Shown here piece after piece: positions 18,101-27,383 of a stretch of DNA of 32,000 nt. The notes under the pieces were generated by a model. It searched no databases, was not told the origin of the DNA, and worked only from the letters and a program-made list of their open reading frames with translations. Position 1 is the first letter of the stretch. Each line of letters starts with the position of its first letter. The translations under genes and the position numbers were made by a program. The stretch comes from Synechococcus elongatus PCC 6301 (lineage in GTDB: Bacteria; Cyanobacteriota; Cyanobacteriia; Synechococcales; Synechococcaceae): NCBI RefSeq assembly GCF_000010065.1, contig NC_006576.1:1350001-1382000 (forward strand), written 5' to 3'.

Positions 18101-19381
18101 ATGAGCGAGACTCAGGAGCGCTTACAACGATTGCGAGCTCAAGCGGCAAGTCTCGTTTTTTATGCCGGGATTTTAGAGTCTGCGACTGGACGTGCTTTTT
18201 TAGAACTGCTTGACGCACTGAGTCACCAACAACCACTCGCTGCAGTCACGGCCTACAGCACTTGGCTAGGTCACCTCTTGGCTAGCCGACAAAGTTGGCC
18301 ACAGTGGCTAATGCACCACATTCGCAGCGATGACAATCCGTTTAGCCGACAGGCGCAATTTGCGATCGCCAGCAGCTTACCTGAGGTCTGGCAGCAAAGT
18401 GCCTGCCAAGATCTGCAAACGTTGCAGCAACTAGCCAGTGCTCCCCCCAGACTGTTAGCTCCGATGGTGCAGGCACTCGCAGATCTGCCCACCCCCCCGC
18501 CACATTGGCTAGAAGAAACCCGCGATCGCGAAGCGCAATGGGCGGAAACTGAAGACTGGGCCATGCTGTTGCCAGACTTGATCCAGCATTATCAGCAGCG
18601 GGGGGTCGGGTTCTTCAATCGCTATTGGGCCTTGCGCTGGCAGCAAGGACAACTGCACGGCATTGAGCATCCCGATCCAATCCCCTTATCCGATTTAGCG
18701 GGCTACGAGCTCCAAAAAGAGACGCTCAAACGTAATACGGAATTTTTGCTGGCAGGGCTGCCCGCCCAAAATGTCTTGCTTTACGGCAGCTGTGGTGCTG
18801 GGAAATCCTCAATGGTCAAAGCTCTGATTAATGCCTATGGCGATCGTGGCCTCCGACTGATTGAAGTGGGTAAAGCCGATCTCAGGGAGCTGCCTCAAAT
18901 TTTGGATCAGCTGCGGGAATCTGCTCTCAGTTTTATTGTTTTTGTCGATGACCTGTCCTTTGAAGAAGATGACGAAACCTTCAAAGCACTCAAGGTTGTC
19001 CTAGAAGGCGGCTTAACAGCACGGCCACCTAATGTCGTAGTTTATGCCACCTCCAACCGTCGCCATCTGGTACGGGAATATTTTGATGAGCGCCCCAACC
19101 CAACAGAAGCCAATGAGGTTCACGCCTGGGATTCGGTACAAGAGAAACTCTCCTTCAGCGATCGCTTTGGCTTGACGCTCACGTTTGAGCCCGCTGATCA
19201 AGACACTTACTTGGCGATTGTTCGCCATTTAGCTAGCGAAGTCGGCTTGACAATGCCGCTCGAAACGCTGGAATTTCGCGCCCGTCAATGGGCAACTCGC
19301 CACAATGGGCGATCGGGCCGTACCGCTCGGCAGTTCATGGACTGGCTGATTGCCGAACAGAGCCTGCCCAACCCTCTCTGA
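18101..19381 (+). CDS. AAA+ ATPase, DUF815-like
   Basis: LLYGSCGAGKSSMVKALINAY Walker A, FIVFVDDLSFEEDDETFKALKVVLEGG Walker B, VVVYATSNRRHLV, SDRFGLTLTFEPADQDTYLAIV. ORF opens at 18041; ATG 18101 (MSETQERLQRL) is the likelier start. Confidence 0.83.
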   Translation: MSETQERLQRLRAQAASLVFYAGILESATGRAFLELLDALSHQQPLAAVTAYSTWLGHLLASRQSWPQWLMHHIRSDDNPFSRQAQFAIASSLPEVWQQSACQDLQTLQQLASAPPRLLAPMVQALADLPTPPPHWLEETRDREAQWAETEDWAMLLPDLIQHYQQRGVGFFNRYWALRWQQGQLHGIEHPDPIPLSDLAGYELQKETLKRNTEFLLAGLPAQNVLLYGSCGAGKSSMVKALINAYGDRGLRLIEVGKADLRELPQILDQLRESALSFIVFVDDLSFEEDDETFKALKVVLEGGLTARPPNVVVYATSNRRHLVREYFDERPNPTEANEVHAWDSVQEKLSFSDRFGLTLTFEPADQDTYLAIVRHLASEVGLTMPLETLEFRARQWATRHNGRSGRTARQFMDWLIAEQSLPNPL

Positions 19382-19410
19382 GGGGCTGGCAATACTCTGC
19401 TCTGATGTAC

Positions 19411-19433
19411 AAAAAAGGGGCCGTAAAGCCCCT
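19411..19433 (-). terminator. Rho-independent-type terminator for gyrA
   Basis: Minus strand AGGGGC-loop-GCCCCT followed by six T residues, 22 bp downstream of the gyrA stop. Confidence 0.72.
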
Positions 19434-19454
19434 GAATCCATCGAAATCAGTAGA

Positions 19455-22025
19455 TTAGTTAGGTTCGTCGCTCGCGATCGCATCCTCACTAGTCTCATCC
19501 AGCTCTTCCTCGCCGGGTGGCACGAGGGCAACTGCTGCGAGTACGTCATCGGCATCCAAGCGTTGAACACGAACGCCTGTGGCAGCGCGGGATTGCTGCG
19601 GAATCGCATCGCTGGCTTGGCGAATGATCACGCTGCGTTGACTGATCATCACCAGTTCGTCACCACTTTCGACAATCCGTAATGAAACCAGCTCATCTTG
19701 CTTGCTGCGGAATTTAATCGCCCGCAAACCCAGACCTGCTCGTTTCTGCAGGCGGAACTGATGCACAGGCACCCGTTTCCCTAACCCTTGCGCTGTCACC
19801 ACCAGCACCCAAGGTCCGGGACTTGCAACAACTTCTACGGCATCATCCGCTTCATCCTCATCGCCTGTTTCGGTCATGTTGGCCGTCAGAGAAGCAGGCA
19901 ACACATCCATCGAGATCAAGGTGTCGCCCGACCGCAAGGACATTGCCCGTACACCGCGCGTGGCCCGCCCCAAGGGTCGCAGATCATCATGGCTGGCGCG
20001 GAAGTGGATGGTCATCCCCTTGCGGGAACCAATCAGAATGCTGTCTTCCGGTTTCGCCAGTCGCACCCAGCGCAGTTGGTCACCTTCGGACAGGGCGATC
20101 GCAATCAGACCGTTGGAACGAATGTTGGCAAAAGCGGAGAGCGCCGTTTTCTTGATGTAGCCGCCCTGAGTCAGCATCACCAGATATTCATCGTCACTGA
20201 AGGCGCTGACCGGCACGATCGAAGTGATTCGTTCTTCGCGGGGAATCGGCAGCAATTGCACGATCGGCACACCCCGCGCATTGCGAGAGGCCGCCGGAAT
20301 CCGGTAGGCCGGCAGATTGTAGACCACCCCGCGATCGCTGAAGAAGAGGATGTTGTCGTGGTCACAGCAAGTCAAGAAATGCTCGACACTATCGTCATCC
20401 TTCGTCTTCGCCCCTGCTTTACCCCGTGTTCCGCGACTTTGCGCCGTGAACTCGTTGACCGGCATCCGCTTGATATAGCCCTGCTGAGTCAACAGCAGGA
20501 TCGACTTCTCGTTGGCAATCAGGTCGATCGTTTCTAGTTCACCGTCTGCTTCCAGCAAGGTGGTGCGGCGCGGCTCTTGGAAGCGCTGCTGCAACTGCTC
20601 CAGCTCGGTTTCGATGATTTCCAGCACCCGCTCGCGGCGGGCCAAGATATCGCGATAGTCTTCGATGCGGCGCTGCAGATCCTGGTGTTCCTGCTCGATC
20701 TTCTCGGCTTCCAGCGCCGTTAGTCGCCGCAACTGCATCTGCAGAATGGCGTCGGACTGGACTTCCGATAGACCGTAAACGTCGATCAGTTCCTGTTTGG
20801 CTCGTGGGGCATCCGCCGATCGCCGAATCAGTTCGATGATCGCATCGAGATTCCCCAGCGCAATCAGCAACCCTTGCAGCAGGTGGTCGCGCTCTTCAGC
20901 CTTACGAAGTTCGTAGCGCGTCCGTCGTTCGATCGTCTCGATCCGGAAATCAAGGAAGACTTCTAGCGATCGCTTCAGGGTCAGTAGGACCGGCTCGCCA
21001 TCCACCAACGCCAGCATGTTGGCGCTGAAGTTACTTTGCAGTGGTGTCTGTTTGTAGAGGTTGTTGAGCACCACCTGCGGGTAGGCGTCGCGCTTCAGTT
21101 CAATGACAATGCGCATGCCATCGCGATCGCTTTCGTCGCGAATGTCGGAAATACCCTCCAAGCGCTTCTCGTTGACCATCTCAGCAATGCGCTCAATCAG
21201 CGCTGCCTTGTTGGTCTGGTAAGGCAACTCCGTAATGATGATCGCGTCGCGCACCGGACGTCCTGGGGCTTCGATCGTGTCGATCGTCGCCACACCCCGC
21301 ATCGTGATCGAGCCTTTGCCAGTCAGGTAGGCATCACGAATGCCCGCCGAACCCAAGACTTGGCCGCCAGTAGGGAAGTCTGGCCCCGGGATGTGGCGCA
21401 TCAGCTCGCGATCGCTGATCTCGGGGTTGTGGATCAGCGCAATCACGCCGGCGATCAGTTCCGTTGGATTATGGGGCGGAATGTTGGTCGCCATGCCGAC
21501 CGCAATGCCGGAGGAACCGTTCAGCAGCAGTTGCGGCAGCCGCGCCGGCAGAACTGTTGGTTCCTGTTGCGAGCCGTCAAAGTTATCGCTGAAATCGACA
21601 GTTTCGGCTTCGATATCCTGAAGCAAACCATCAGTTGTCAGCGGCTTCAGGCGCGACTCGGTGTACCGCATCGCCGCCGGCGGATCGTTGTCGATCGATC
21701 CGAAGTTGCCGTGGCCATCGATCAAGGGCGATCGCATCGAGAAGTCTTGGGCCATGCGAACCAAGGCGTCATAGACCGCCGTGTCGCCGTGGGGGTGATA
21801 CTTACCGAGCACTTCCCCGACCACCCGTGCACATTTTCGGAAGGGGCGATCGGGCGTCAGGCCCAGCTCATACATCGCGTAAAGAATGCGCCGGTGCACC
21901 GGCTTGAGGCCATCCCGAGCATCGGGCAGCGCGCGCCCGACAATCACGCTCATCGCGTACTCGAGATAGGAGCGCGACATTTCGTTGCGCAGGTCAGTCT
22001 GGATGATGCGCTCCTGGGCACTCAT
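19455..22025 (-). CDS. gyrA: DNA gyrase subunit A (type IIA topoisomerase subunit A)
   Basis: [58 protein letters not shown] and QGYIKR-type C-terminal blades. Confidence 0.95.
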   Translation of the reverse strand: MSAQERIIQTDLRNEMSRSYLEYAMSVIVGRALPDARDGLKPVHRRILYAMYELGLTPDRPFRKCARVVGEVLGKYHPHGDTAVYDALVRMAQDFSMRSPLIDGHGNFGSIDNDPPAAMRYTESRLKPLTTDGLLQDIEAETVDFSDNFDGSQQEPTVLPARLPQLLLNGSSGIAVGMATNIPPHNPTELIAGVIALIHNPEISDRELMRHIPGPDFPTGGQVLGSAGIRDAYLTGKGSITMRGVATIDTIEAPGRPVRDAIIITELPYQTNKAALIERIAEMVNEKRLEGISDIRDESDRDGMRIVIELKRDAYPQVVLNNLYKQTPLQSNFSANMLALVDGEPVLLTLKRSLEVFLDFRIETIERRTRYELRKAEERDHLLQGLLIALGNLDAIIELIRRSADAPRAKQELIDVYGLSEVQSDAILQMQLRRLTALEAEKIEQEHQDLQRRIEDYRDILARRERVLEIIETELEQLQQRFQEPRRTTLLEADGELETIDLIANEKSILLLTQQGYIKRMPVNEFTAQSRGTRGKAGAKTKDDDSVEHFLTCCDHDNILFFSDRGVVYNLPAYRIPAASRNARGVPIVQLLPIPREERITSIVPVSAFSDDEYLVMLTQGGYIKKTALSAFANIRSNGLIAIALSEGDQLRWVRLAKPEDSILIGSRKGMTIHFRASHDDLRPLGRATRGVRAMSLRSGDTLISMDVLPASLTANMTETGDEDEADDAVEVVASPGPWVLVVTAQGLGKRVPVHQFRLQKRAGLGLRAIKFRSKQDELVSLRIVESGDELVMISQRSVIIRQASDAIPQQSRAATGVRVQRLDADDVLAAVALVPPGEEELDETSEDAIASDEPN

Positions 22026-22254
22026 GGGCGGATAGTCTCCAGTACTGAAGTCGGGAAAAGCGGCGAAAAAAGCGGCCTAAACTGCCGCAAAATCAAGCTA
22101 TTGCAAGGCTTCTTCGCAATCTCATTCTATCATGCGACCCCTCTTTTCTAAGGCGATCGCTGAGCGGTAACCCCCTCCGGGTGCGCTTCGGTTTCCCGCC
22201 CCCCCATTGCCGATCTGCCAGGGAATGATCGAAGTGTTCTCCAGTGGAGACCTC

Positions 22255-22713
22255 ATGATGTTGCGATTGCTGCACTGGCGATCTGCCGTCCCCGATCCAG
22301 CCCTTGCTTGGACTCCGATTGTGATGGGCACAGCGCTGCAGATGGAGGAAACCCCGACCACCCTGCGGCTCAGCTTGCCGCTCAATCAGTGGGATCCCAA
22401 AACTATTCGGGTTCAAATTGAGGACAACTGCCTGCGCCTGCAAGGCTACAACCAGCTCTGCAGCCCCTACGGCTCGCGCTGGCAAGTGGCACAACAATTG
22501 TTGACTTTGCCCTGTCCAGTGCGCGCAGACCAGTACCTGACTGCAGTGGAGAGCGATCGCTTGGTGCTGACCTTGATCAAAGTGCAGCCGCAAGCCTCCC
22601 TAGCCGCACAACCCTTCCAGATCTGGGAACTCTGGAAACAGGCCTGGCAACGAGGCCGGCACCGTTTGGGTCAGCAACTCAGACAGTGGAGCGATCGCCT
22701 ACTCACGCCCTGA
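22255..22713 (+). CDS. Small protein with a probable divergent Hsp20/alpha-crystallin-like domain
   Basis: ETPTTLRLSLPLNQWDPKTIRVQIEDNCLRLQGYNQ...LPCPVRADQYLTAVESDRLVLTLIKV follows the alpha-crystallin beta-strand pattern. GGAG at 22246-22249 precedes ATG 22255/22258. Confidence 0.6.
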   Translation: MMLRLLHWRSAVPDPALAWTPIVMGTALQMEETPTTLRLSLPLNQWDPKTIRVQIEDNCLRLQGYNQLCSPYGSRWQVAQQLLTLPCPVRADQYLTAVESDRLVLTLIKVQPQASLAAQPFQIWELWKQAWQRGRHRLGQQLRQWSDRLLTP

Positions 22714-22747
22714 ATCAATGACTTTCAGCCCTTGAGGACTTTGAATC

Positions 22748-22975
22748 ATGACTCTCACCCTTCAAGACCGCATCACCGAAGCTCGCAGCGAAGCGCACCA
22801 AACCTGCGCCACCTTCGGCAAAGATGATCCGCAATGCCGCGTCGCTTGGGACATCCTCGAAGAACTGCAAGCTGAAGCAGCCCACCACCCCGAAAAAACG
22901 CTGCGGGAGAAAGCCTATCGCAACTACTGCGATGAATTCCCCAATGCCGACGAATGCCGGATGTACGACGTTTAG
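22748..22975 (+). CDS. cp12: CP12, redox-dependent regulator of GAPDH/PRK
   Basis: 75 aa; Cys pair 20/30 (CATFGKDDPQC), AWDILEELQAEAAH, Cys pair 61/70 (YCDEFPNADECRMYDV). Confidence 0.95.
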   Translation: MTLTLQDRITEARSEAHQTCATFGKDDPQCRVAWDILEELQAEAAHHPEKTLREKAYRNYCDEFPNADECRMYDV

Positions 22976-23003
22976 GCTCGCACTGAAACCGCAATGATCG
23001 CGG

Positions 23004-23774
23004 CTAAGTGTTGGGCAGTAGCGCCTCCACCCAAACCCGCCGATACAGAGGCGTACTATTGCGGCTAGAGTACCGCGGCTCAACCGATGCCAAGGTCTCT
23101 AGCTGTTTTTGTGCTTGGCTTCGGGAGCAATCCAGCAGTTGTGCAGCCAGCGGCAGCGGTAGCCATTCCTGCCCGAGTCGCTCCAGGATTACCTGATCCT
23201 CACTGTCTTGGATTTGCTGCAAGAGCAGAGCCAAGAGTTGCCAGCAGGCTTCAACATCAGCGGCCGCCCGATGGCTTTGCCCCACCGGAAAACCAAAGTG
23301 CTGAACCAATTGGGGCAGACTCCGCGACGGTAGGTCAGCTAAGAGTTGGCGTGACATTTGCACGGTGCAAAGTTGTTCTGTAGGCGATCGCTCGAAGTCC
23401 AAGCCCAGCTGCTGATATTCCGCTGTCAGGAAGCGGTAGTCAAAGGGCAGATTGTGCGCCACCAAGATTCCGGTCTGAAGCCGTGGTAGCAAGGGGGGCA
23501 GCACAGATTCTGGCGGATCAGCGGTCGCAATCAAATCCGTTGTGATGCCGGTGAACTGGGCGATCGCCTCGGGGATCGGGATGCCCGGATTGAGTAGTTC
23601 CGCCTGTTGAAACTGGATGCCTTCAGCAAGGGTCGCTTGCAGAATCCCCAGCTCAATTACCCGCGCCTGCGGCGGCTTAAACCCCGTCGTCTCGACATCC
23701 ACGACCGTGAAAGTCGCCGCAGCAAGGCTGCGGTAGTAAGTCAGCCAATCGTGACTTCGCCAATGACTGCGCAT
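23004..23774 (-). CDS. DEDDh 3'-5' exonuclease (DNA polymerase III epsilon-like)
   Basis: FTVVDVETTGFKPPQARVIELG (ExoI), VAHNLPFDYRFL (ExoII), QSHRAAADVEACWQL (ExoIII). Confidence 0.87.
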   Translation of the reverse strand: MRSHWRSHDWLTYYRSLAAATFTVVDVETTGFKPPQARVIELGILQATLAEGIQFQQAELLNPGIPIPEAIAQFTGITTDLIATADPPESVLPPLLPRLQTGILVAHNLPFDYRFLTAEYQQLGLDFERSPTEQLCTVQMSRQLLADLPSRSLPQLVQHFGFPVGQSHRAAADVEACWQLLALLLQQIQDSEDQVILERLGQEWLPLPLAAQLLDCSRSQAQKQLETLASVEPRYSSRNSTPLYRRVWVEALLPNT

Positions 23775-23777
23775 CGG

Positions 23778-24245
23778 CTAGCGTCCACTGGGCGGTGGTA
23801 GTTGGCAGAACGGTCCAAATTGACCGTTGGGCAGGGTGGCTTCGCAGAGTTGCGCCTGTCGCAGATCGGGGCCGATCGCATCCAACAGATAGGCTTCGCG
23901 GAAATTTGCGCCCGCCAGTTGAGCGCCCGTCAGCTGAGCCCGCGTCAGAATCGCTCGGCTGAGATTCGCACCCCGCAGATCAGCACCATTCAGATTGGCG
24001 CCTGTGAGATCCGCGCCAGCGAGACTACTGCCCTGCAGATTGGCATTGCTCAAGTCGGTGAATGAGAGGTCGGCCTGCGCCAGCATAGCCCCAGCTAACT
24101 GGGCATTGGGCAGGCGACGAAACCGCAGATCGACAGCGTAAAAATTACAGCCCGAACACTGGTTGGTTGCAATCAAGGCCTGAATCGCCTCTGGCCCGCG
24201 TAGGGGTGAGGCGATCGCCATTGCCAAAAACCACAGTCCAGTCAT
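23778..24245 (-). CDS. Pentapeptide-repeat protein
   Basis: Tandem A(D/N)LXX repeats: ADLSFTDLSNANLQGSSLAGADLTGANLNGADLRGANLSRAILTRAQLTGAQLAGANF. Confidence 0.9.
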   Translation of the reverse strand: MTGLWFLAMAIASPLRGPEAIQALIATNQCSGCNFYAVDLRFRRLPNAQLAGAMLAQADLSFTDLSNANLQGSSLAGADLTGANLNGADLRGANLSRAILTRAQLTGAQLAGANFREAYLLDAIGPDLRQAQLCEATLPNGQFGPFCQLPPPSGR

Positions 24246-24247
24246 GG

Positions 24248-25033
24248 TTAGAGGATCTGCGCCAGAAACTGCTTGGCCCGATCGCTCTGGGGTGCTGTGA
24301 AGAAGCGATCGGGCGGGGCTTCCTCGACAATTTGCCCATCGGCCATTAGGACGACGCGATCAGCAACTTCGCGGGCAAAGCCGACTTCATGGGTCGCCAC
24401 CAGCATCGTCATGCCTTCGCTGGCGAGATCCCGCATCACGTCCAGGACTTCGCGCACCATCTCTGGATCGAGGGCAGACGTGGGTTCGTCAAATAGGAGG
24501 ATGCGCGGCTGCATTGCCAAGGCCCGTGCGATCGCGACCCGCTGTTGTTGGCCGCCGGATAGCTGCCCCGGATATTTATCGGCCTGCTCAGCAATGCGCA
24601 CCCGTTCCAAGAGTTGGCGGGCAGTCGCTTCCGCTTGAGCGACGGGCCAACGGCGCACTTGCACCGGCGCCAGCATCAAGTTCTGGAGCACCGTCAAATG
24701 GGGGAAGAGGTTGAACTGCTGAAACACCATGCCGACCTCTTGGCGGATGGTGGCAATGTCACGGCGATCGTGGCTGAGACGATGTCCCTCAATCCAAATC
24801 TCGCCACGCTGGTGCGACTCAAGGGCATTGAGGGTGCGCAAAAAGGTCGATTTACCAGACCCTGATGGCCCCATCATCACAACCACCTCGCCCCGCTGAA
24901 CCGTGAGGCTAACGCCGCACAGAGCTTGAAATTGGTTGCCGTACCATTTTTCGACCCCCTCGGCATAAATCATGGTCTCTGGGGCTGAAGCGATCGCAGT
25001 CACAGGTTCGGGTTGCCGTCCTAAGGGAGTCAT
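24248..25033 (-). CDS. aapP: Polar/general amino-acid ABC transporter ATP-binding protein
   Basis: MMGPSGSGKSTFLRTLNALE Walker A, LSGGQQQRVAIARALAMQPRILLFDEPTSALDPEM signature/Walker B. Internal ATG possible at 24973. Confidence 0.9.
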   Translation of the reverse strand: MTPLGRQPEPVTAIASAPETMIYAEGVEKWYGNQFQALCGVSLTVQRGEVVVMMGPSGSGKSTFLRTLNALESHQRGEIWIEGHRLSHDRRDIATIRQEVGMVFQQFNLFPHLTVLQNLMLAPVQVRRWPVAQAEATARQLLERVRIAEQADKYPGQLSGGQQQRVAIARALAMQPRILLFDEPTSALDPEMVREVLDVMRDLASEGMTMLVATHEVGFAREVADRVVLMADGQIVEEAPPDRFFTAPQSDRAKQFLAQIL

Positions 25034-25051
25034 TCGATCGAATTACCGGGG

Positions 25052-26242
25052 CTAGCGCTGGGGGGTTAGCCGTTGTTCCAAGCGGCGGCTGAGTTGGGCG
25101 AGGCCATAGCAGCACAGCCAGTAAAGCACACCCAAGAACAGATAGACCTCGGCATAGCGACCGAGATAGGCCGGATTGGCCAAAATTGAGCGACTGATGC
25201 CCAGCAATTCCAGGAGGCCGACAATCGACAGCAAGGTGGTGTCTTGCAACAGGTTGAGGAAGAGGCCCACGATCGCGGGAATCGAGATCCGCAGGGCTTG
25301 GGGCAGAACGATAAATCGATAGGTCTGAAACAGATCTAGACCCAAGGCCGCAGCCGCTTCAAACTGACCTTGGGGAATCGCTTGCAAGCCTCCCCGCACG
25401 GTTTCAGCTAAGTAGGCAGACAGGAAAATCGTCAGCCCCACGATCGCCCGCAGAATGCGATCGATCCGCCATTCAGAATCCAACATCAGTGGCACCATTA
25501 CCTGCCCGAAGAAAAGGATGGTGACTAGCGGCAGGCCTCGGAACAGCTCAATATAAGTGACTGAGAGCCAGCGAATGGCGGGTAGCGAACTCTGACGCCC
25601 CAAGGCCAGCAAGATGCCCAGCGGCAATGAGCAGACCATGCTGATCAAAGCGGTCGCTAAGGTCAGCAGCAAACCGCTCCAGTCATTACTTGAGACTGGT
25701 CGCAGACCGAGTCCCCCTTGGAGCAGCCAAAGTCCTACCAGGAAGAGAACTCCCCAGAGCGTCGGCAGAAAGCGCAACCAAGCTTGTCCCCGACAGCGTT
25801 GAGCCAGCCAACTGGCCGCTGGCACAGTGGCTGCGATCGCAGCTAATCCCAGCTTGTGCGGGAACCAAGGCAAAGGAATCCCGGCGATCGCGGCAGCCAG
25901 ACCGGCCCAGCCCCAGAGCGATCGCCGTTGCCAACGATGAGAGCCCGTCGCCAGACAGCCCCAGGTCAATCCTAAGGTCGGACTGAGTAGCCCCAGCCAA
26001 AGCCAAAGGCGCCACTGTTCTGCGGCGGGATAGCGACCTACAAAAAAGAGCGTCCAGTTATCGACCAGTACCGTCCATCGGGCTTCTGTCGTGATCCAAA
26101 GCCCTAGCCGCCCCACAACCGTGACAATAATCACCACCAAGAGGAGCGTGATGGCACTGTTCAGCCAGGAGCTAAACAGGTTTTGTCGGAGCCAGGCGAT
26201 CGGGGTTTGTTGAGGCGTGATCCCCTGGGGCGATCGCATCAT
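25052..26242 (-). CDS. aapM: Amino-acid ABC transporter permease (AapM/BztC type)
   Basis: VTYIELFRGLPLVTILFFGQVMVPLML, YLAETVRGGLQAIPQGQFEAAAALGL...IVLPQALRISIPAI EAA-loop. ATG 26242 follows the upstream TGA by 1 nt; the ORF-track start 26284 overlaps it by 41 bp. Confidence 0.88.
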   Translation of the reverse strand: MMRSPQGITPQQTPIAWLRQNLFSSWLNSAITLLLVVIIVTVVGRLGLWITTEARWTVLVDNWTLFFVGRYPAAEQWRLWLWLGLLSPTLGLTWGCLATGSHRWQRRSLWGWAGLAAAIAGIPLPWFPHKLGLAAIAATVPAASWLAQRCRGQAWLRFLPTLWGVLFLVGLWLLQGGLGLRPVSSNDWSGLLLTLATALISMVCSLPLGILLALGRQSSLPAIRWLSVTYIELFRGLPLVTILFFGQVMVPLMLDSEWRIDRILRAIVGLTIFLSAYLAETVRGGLQAIPQGQFEAAAALGLDLFQTYRFIVLPQALRISIPAIVGLFLNLLQDTTLLSIVGLLELLGISRSILANPAYLGRYAEVYLFLGVLYWLCCYGLAQLSRRLEQRLTPQR

Positions 26243-26243
26243 C

Positions 26244-27377
26244 TCAGCGCACTCCCCAGCGTTGGAGACGCTGTTGCAGCCCATTCATGCCTGCCGAGAT
26301 CACAGCGTTGATCGCGAGATAGGTCAGCATCAGAATCAAGAACACTTCCACCGGTCGCCCAGTTTGATTGAGGGTGGTCTGCGCCGTGGCATAGAGATCG
26401 GGATAGCCGACTGCGATCGCCAAGCTCGAGTTTTTAGCAAAACCTACGTACTGACTATTGAGCGAGGGCACAATCACCCGCAGGGCCTGGGGCACCACGA
26501 TCTGCCAAAGCGTTTGGCTACGGGTCAAGCCCAGAGCGGCGGCCGCTTCCCATTGACCAGCCGGCACCGAGAGAATACCGCCACGAATGATTTCCGTAAT
26601 AAAAGCGCCGGTATAGGCGACCAGCCCTAGCAGCAGCGCGGTGAACTCCAGCGAGAGCCGTAGACCCCCGCGAATTTGGCCTGGTTGCAGTTGCTGCGGC
26701 CAGCTTAGTTGGGTCAGCAGCATCAGCACGGTAACCACCGCGATCGCGCCGTAAAGCCAGCGCCAATCCCGAGGCGATCGCTGCCGTTGGGCGAGCCAGC
26801 TGACGAACAAGACCAGGGCGATCGCCAGAATCACAACCAGCCAGCCCGGCGTCTGCGGCCAAGGAAGATAGATGCCCTGTTTGCTGAGATAGAGACTGCC
26901 CAGCCAATGCCAAGGCTGCTGGGCGGCCGGCAAACTGAGCAGAATCGGGAAGTACCAGACAATCAACTGCAGCAGCAAAGGCGTGTTGCGCACCACCGCC
27001 ACATAACCCCGGCTGAGTTGGCGCAGCAACCAGTTTTCGGAAAAGGCCGCAACTCCAGCGAGCGTCCCTATCACGGTTGTCAGGATCAGCCCGATCGCAA
27101 TCACACGCAGACTATTGACTAAGCCAACGACCAGAGCACGGGCGTAACTATCTGCTGTTCGATAGGCGATCGCCGATTCCCCGATATTGAAGCCTGCCGA
27201 CTGATCGAGCCAGTCAAAGCTAAGGCTCAAGCCCCGCTGCGATAAGTTGTAGACCAGGTTATCAACCAGCCAGATTGCACCTAGGCCCACAACCAGCAGC
27301 ACGAGTAACTGCCAGACCCAGCGCCAGAGACGTTCATCTCGCCAGAACGGTCCTTGTAATTTCAGACGAAAGGGCAT
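26244..27377 (-). CDS. aapQ: Amino-acid ABC transporter permease (AapQ/BztB type)
   Basis: YVAVVRNTPLLLQLIVWYF, YTGAFITEIIRGGILSVPAGQWEAAAALGLTRSQTLWQIVVPQALRVIVPSL. ATG at 27377; the track start at 27383 is TTG. Confidence 0.88.
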   Translation of the reverse strand: MPFRLKLQGPFWRDERLWRWVWQLLVLLVVGLGAIWLVDNLVYNLSQRGLSLSFDWLDQSAGFNIGESAIAYRTADSYARALVVGLVNSLRVIAIGLILTTVIGTLAGVAAFSENWLLRQLSRGYVAVVRNTPLLLQLIVWYFPILLSLPAAQQPWHWLGSLYLSKQGIYLPWPQTPGWLVVILAIALVLFVSWLAQRQRSPRDWRWLYGAIAVVTVLMLLTQLSWPQQLQPGQIRGGLRLSLEFTALLLGLVAYTGAFITEIIRGGILSVPAGQWEAAAALGLTRSQTLWQIVVPQALRVIVPSLNSQYVGFAKNSSLAIAVGYPDLYATAQTTLNQTGRPVEVFLILMLTYLAINAVISAGMNGLQQRLQRWGVR

Positions 27378-27383
27378 AGCCAA

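Noticed and set aside
19788-20537. 249-aa plus-strand ORF antisense to gyrA
   Set aside because: Antisense to the gyrA C-terminal blades, with Arg/His-rich sequence and no motif. Shadow ORF.
21036-22151. 371-aa plus-strand ORF opposite gyrA
   Set aside because: It is wholly antisense to the highly conserved gyrA N-terminal half. Its composition is His/Arg/Val-biased with no recognisable domain, so it is a codon-bias shadow ORF.
22093-22593. 166-aa minus-strand ORF opposite the Hsp20-like gene
   Set aside because: Overlaps the better-supported plus-strand gene with GGAG ribosome-binding site. The His/Gln/Arg-rich sequence has no motif.
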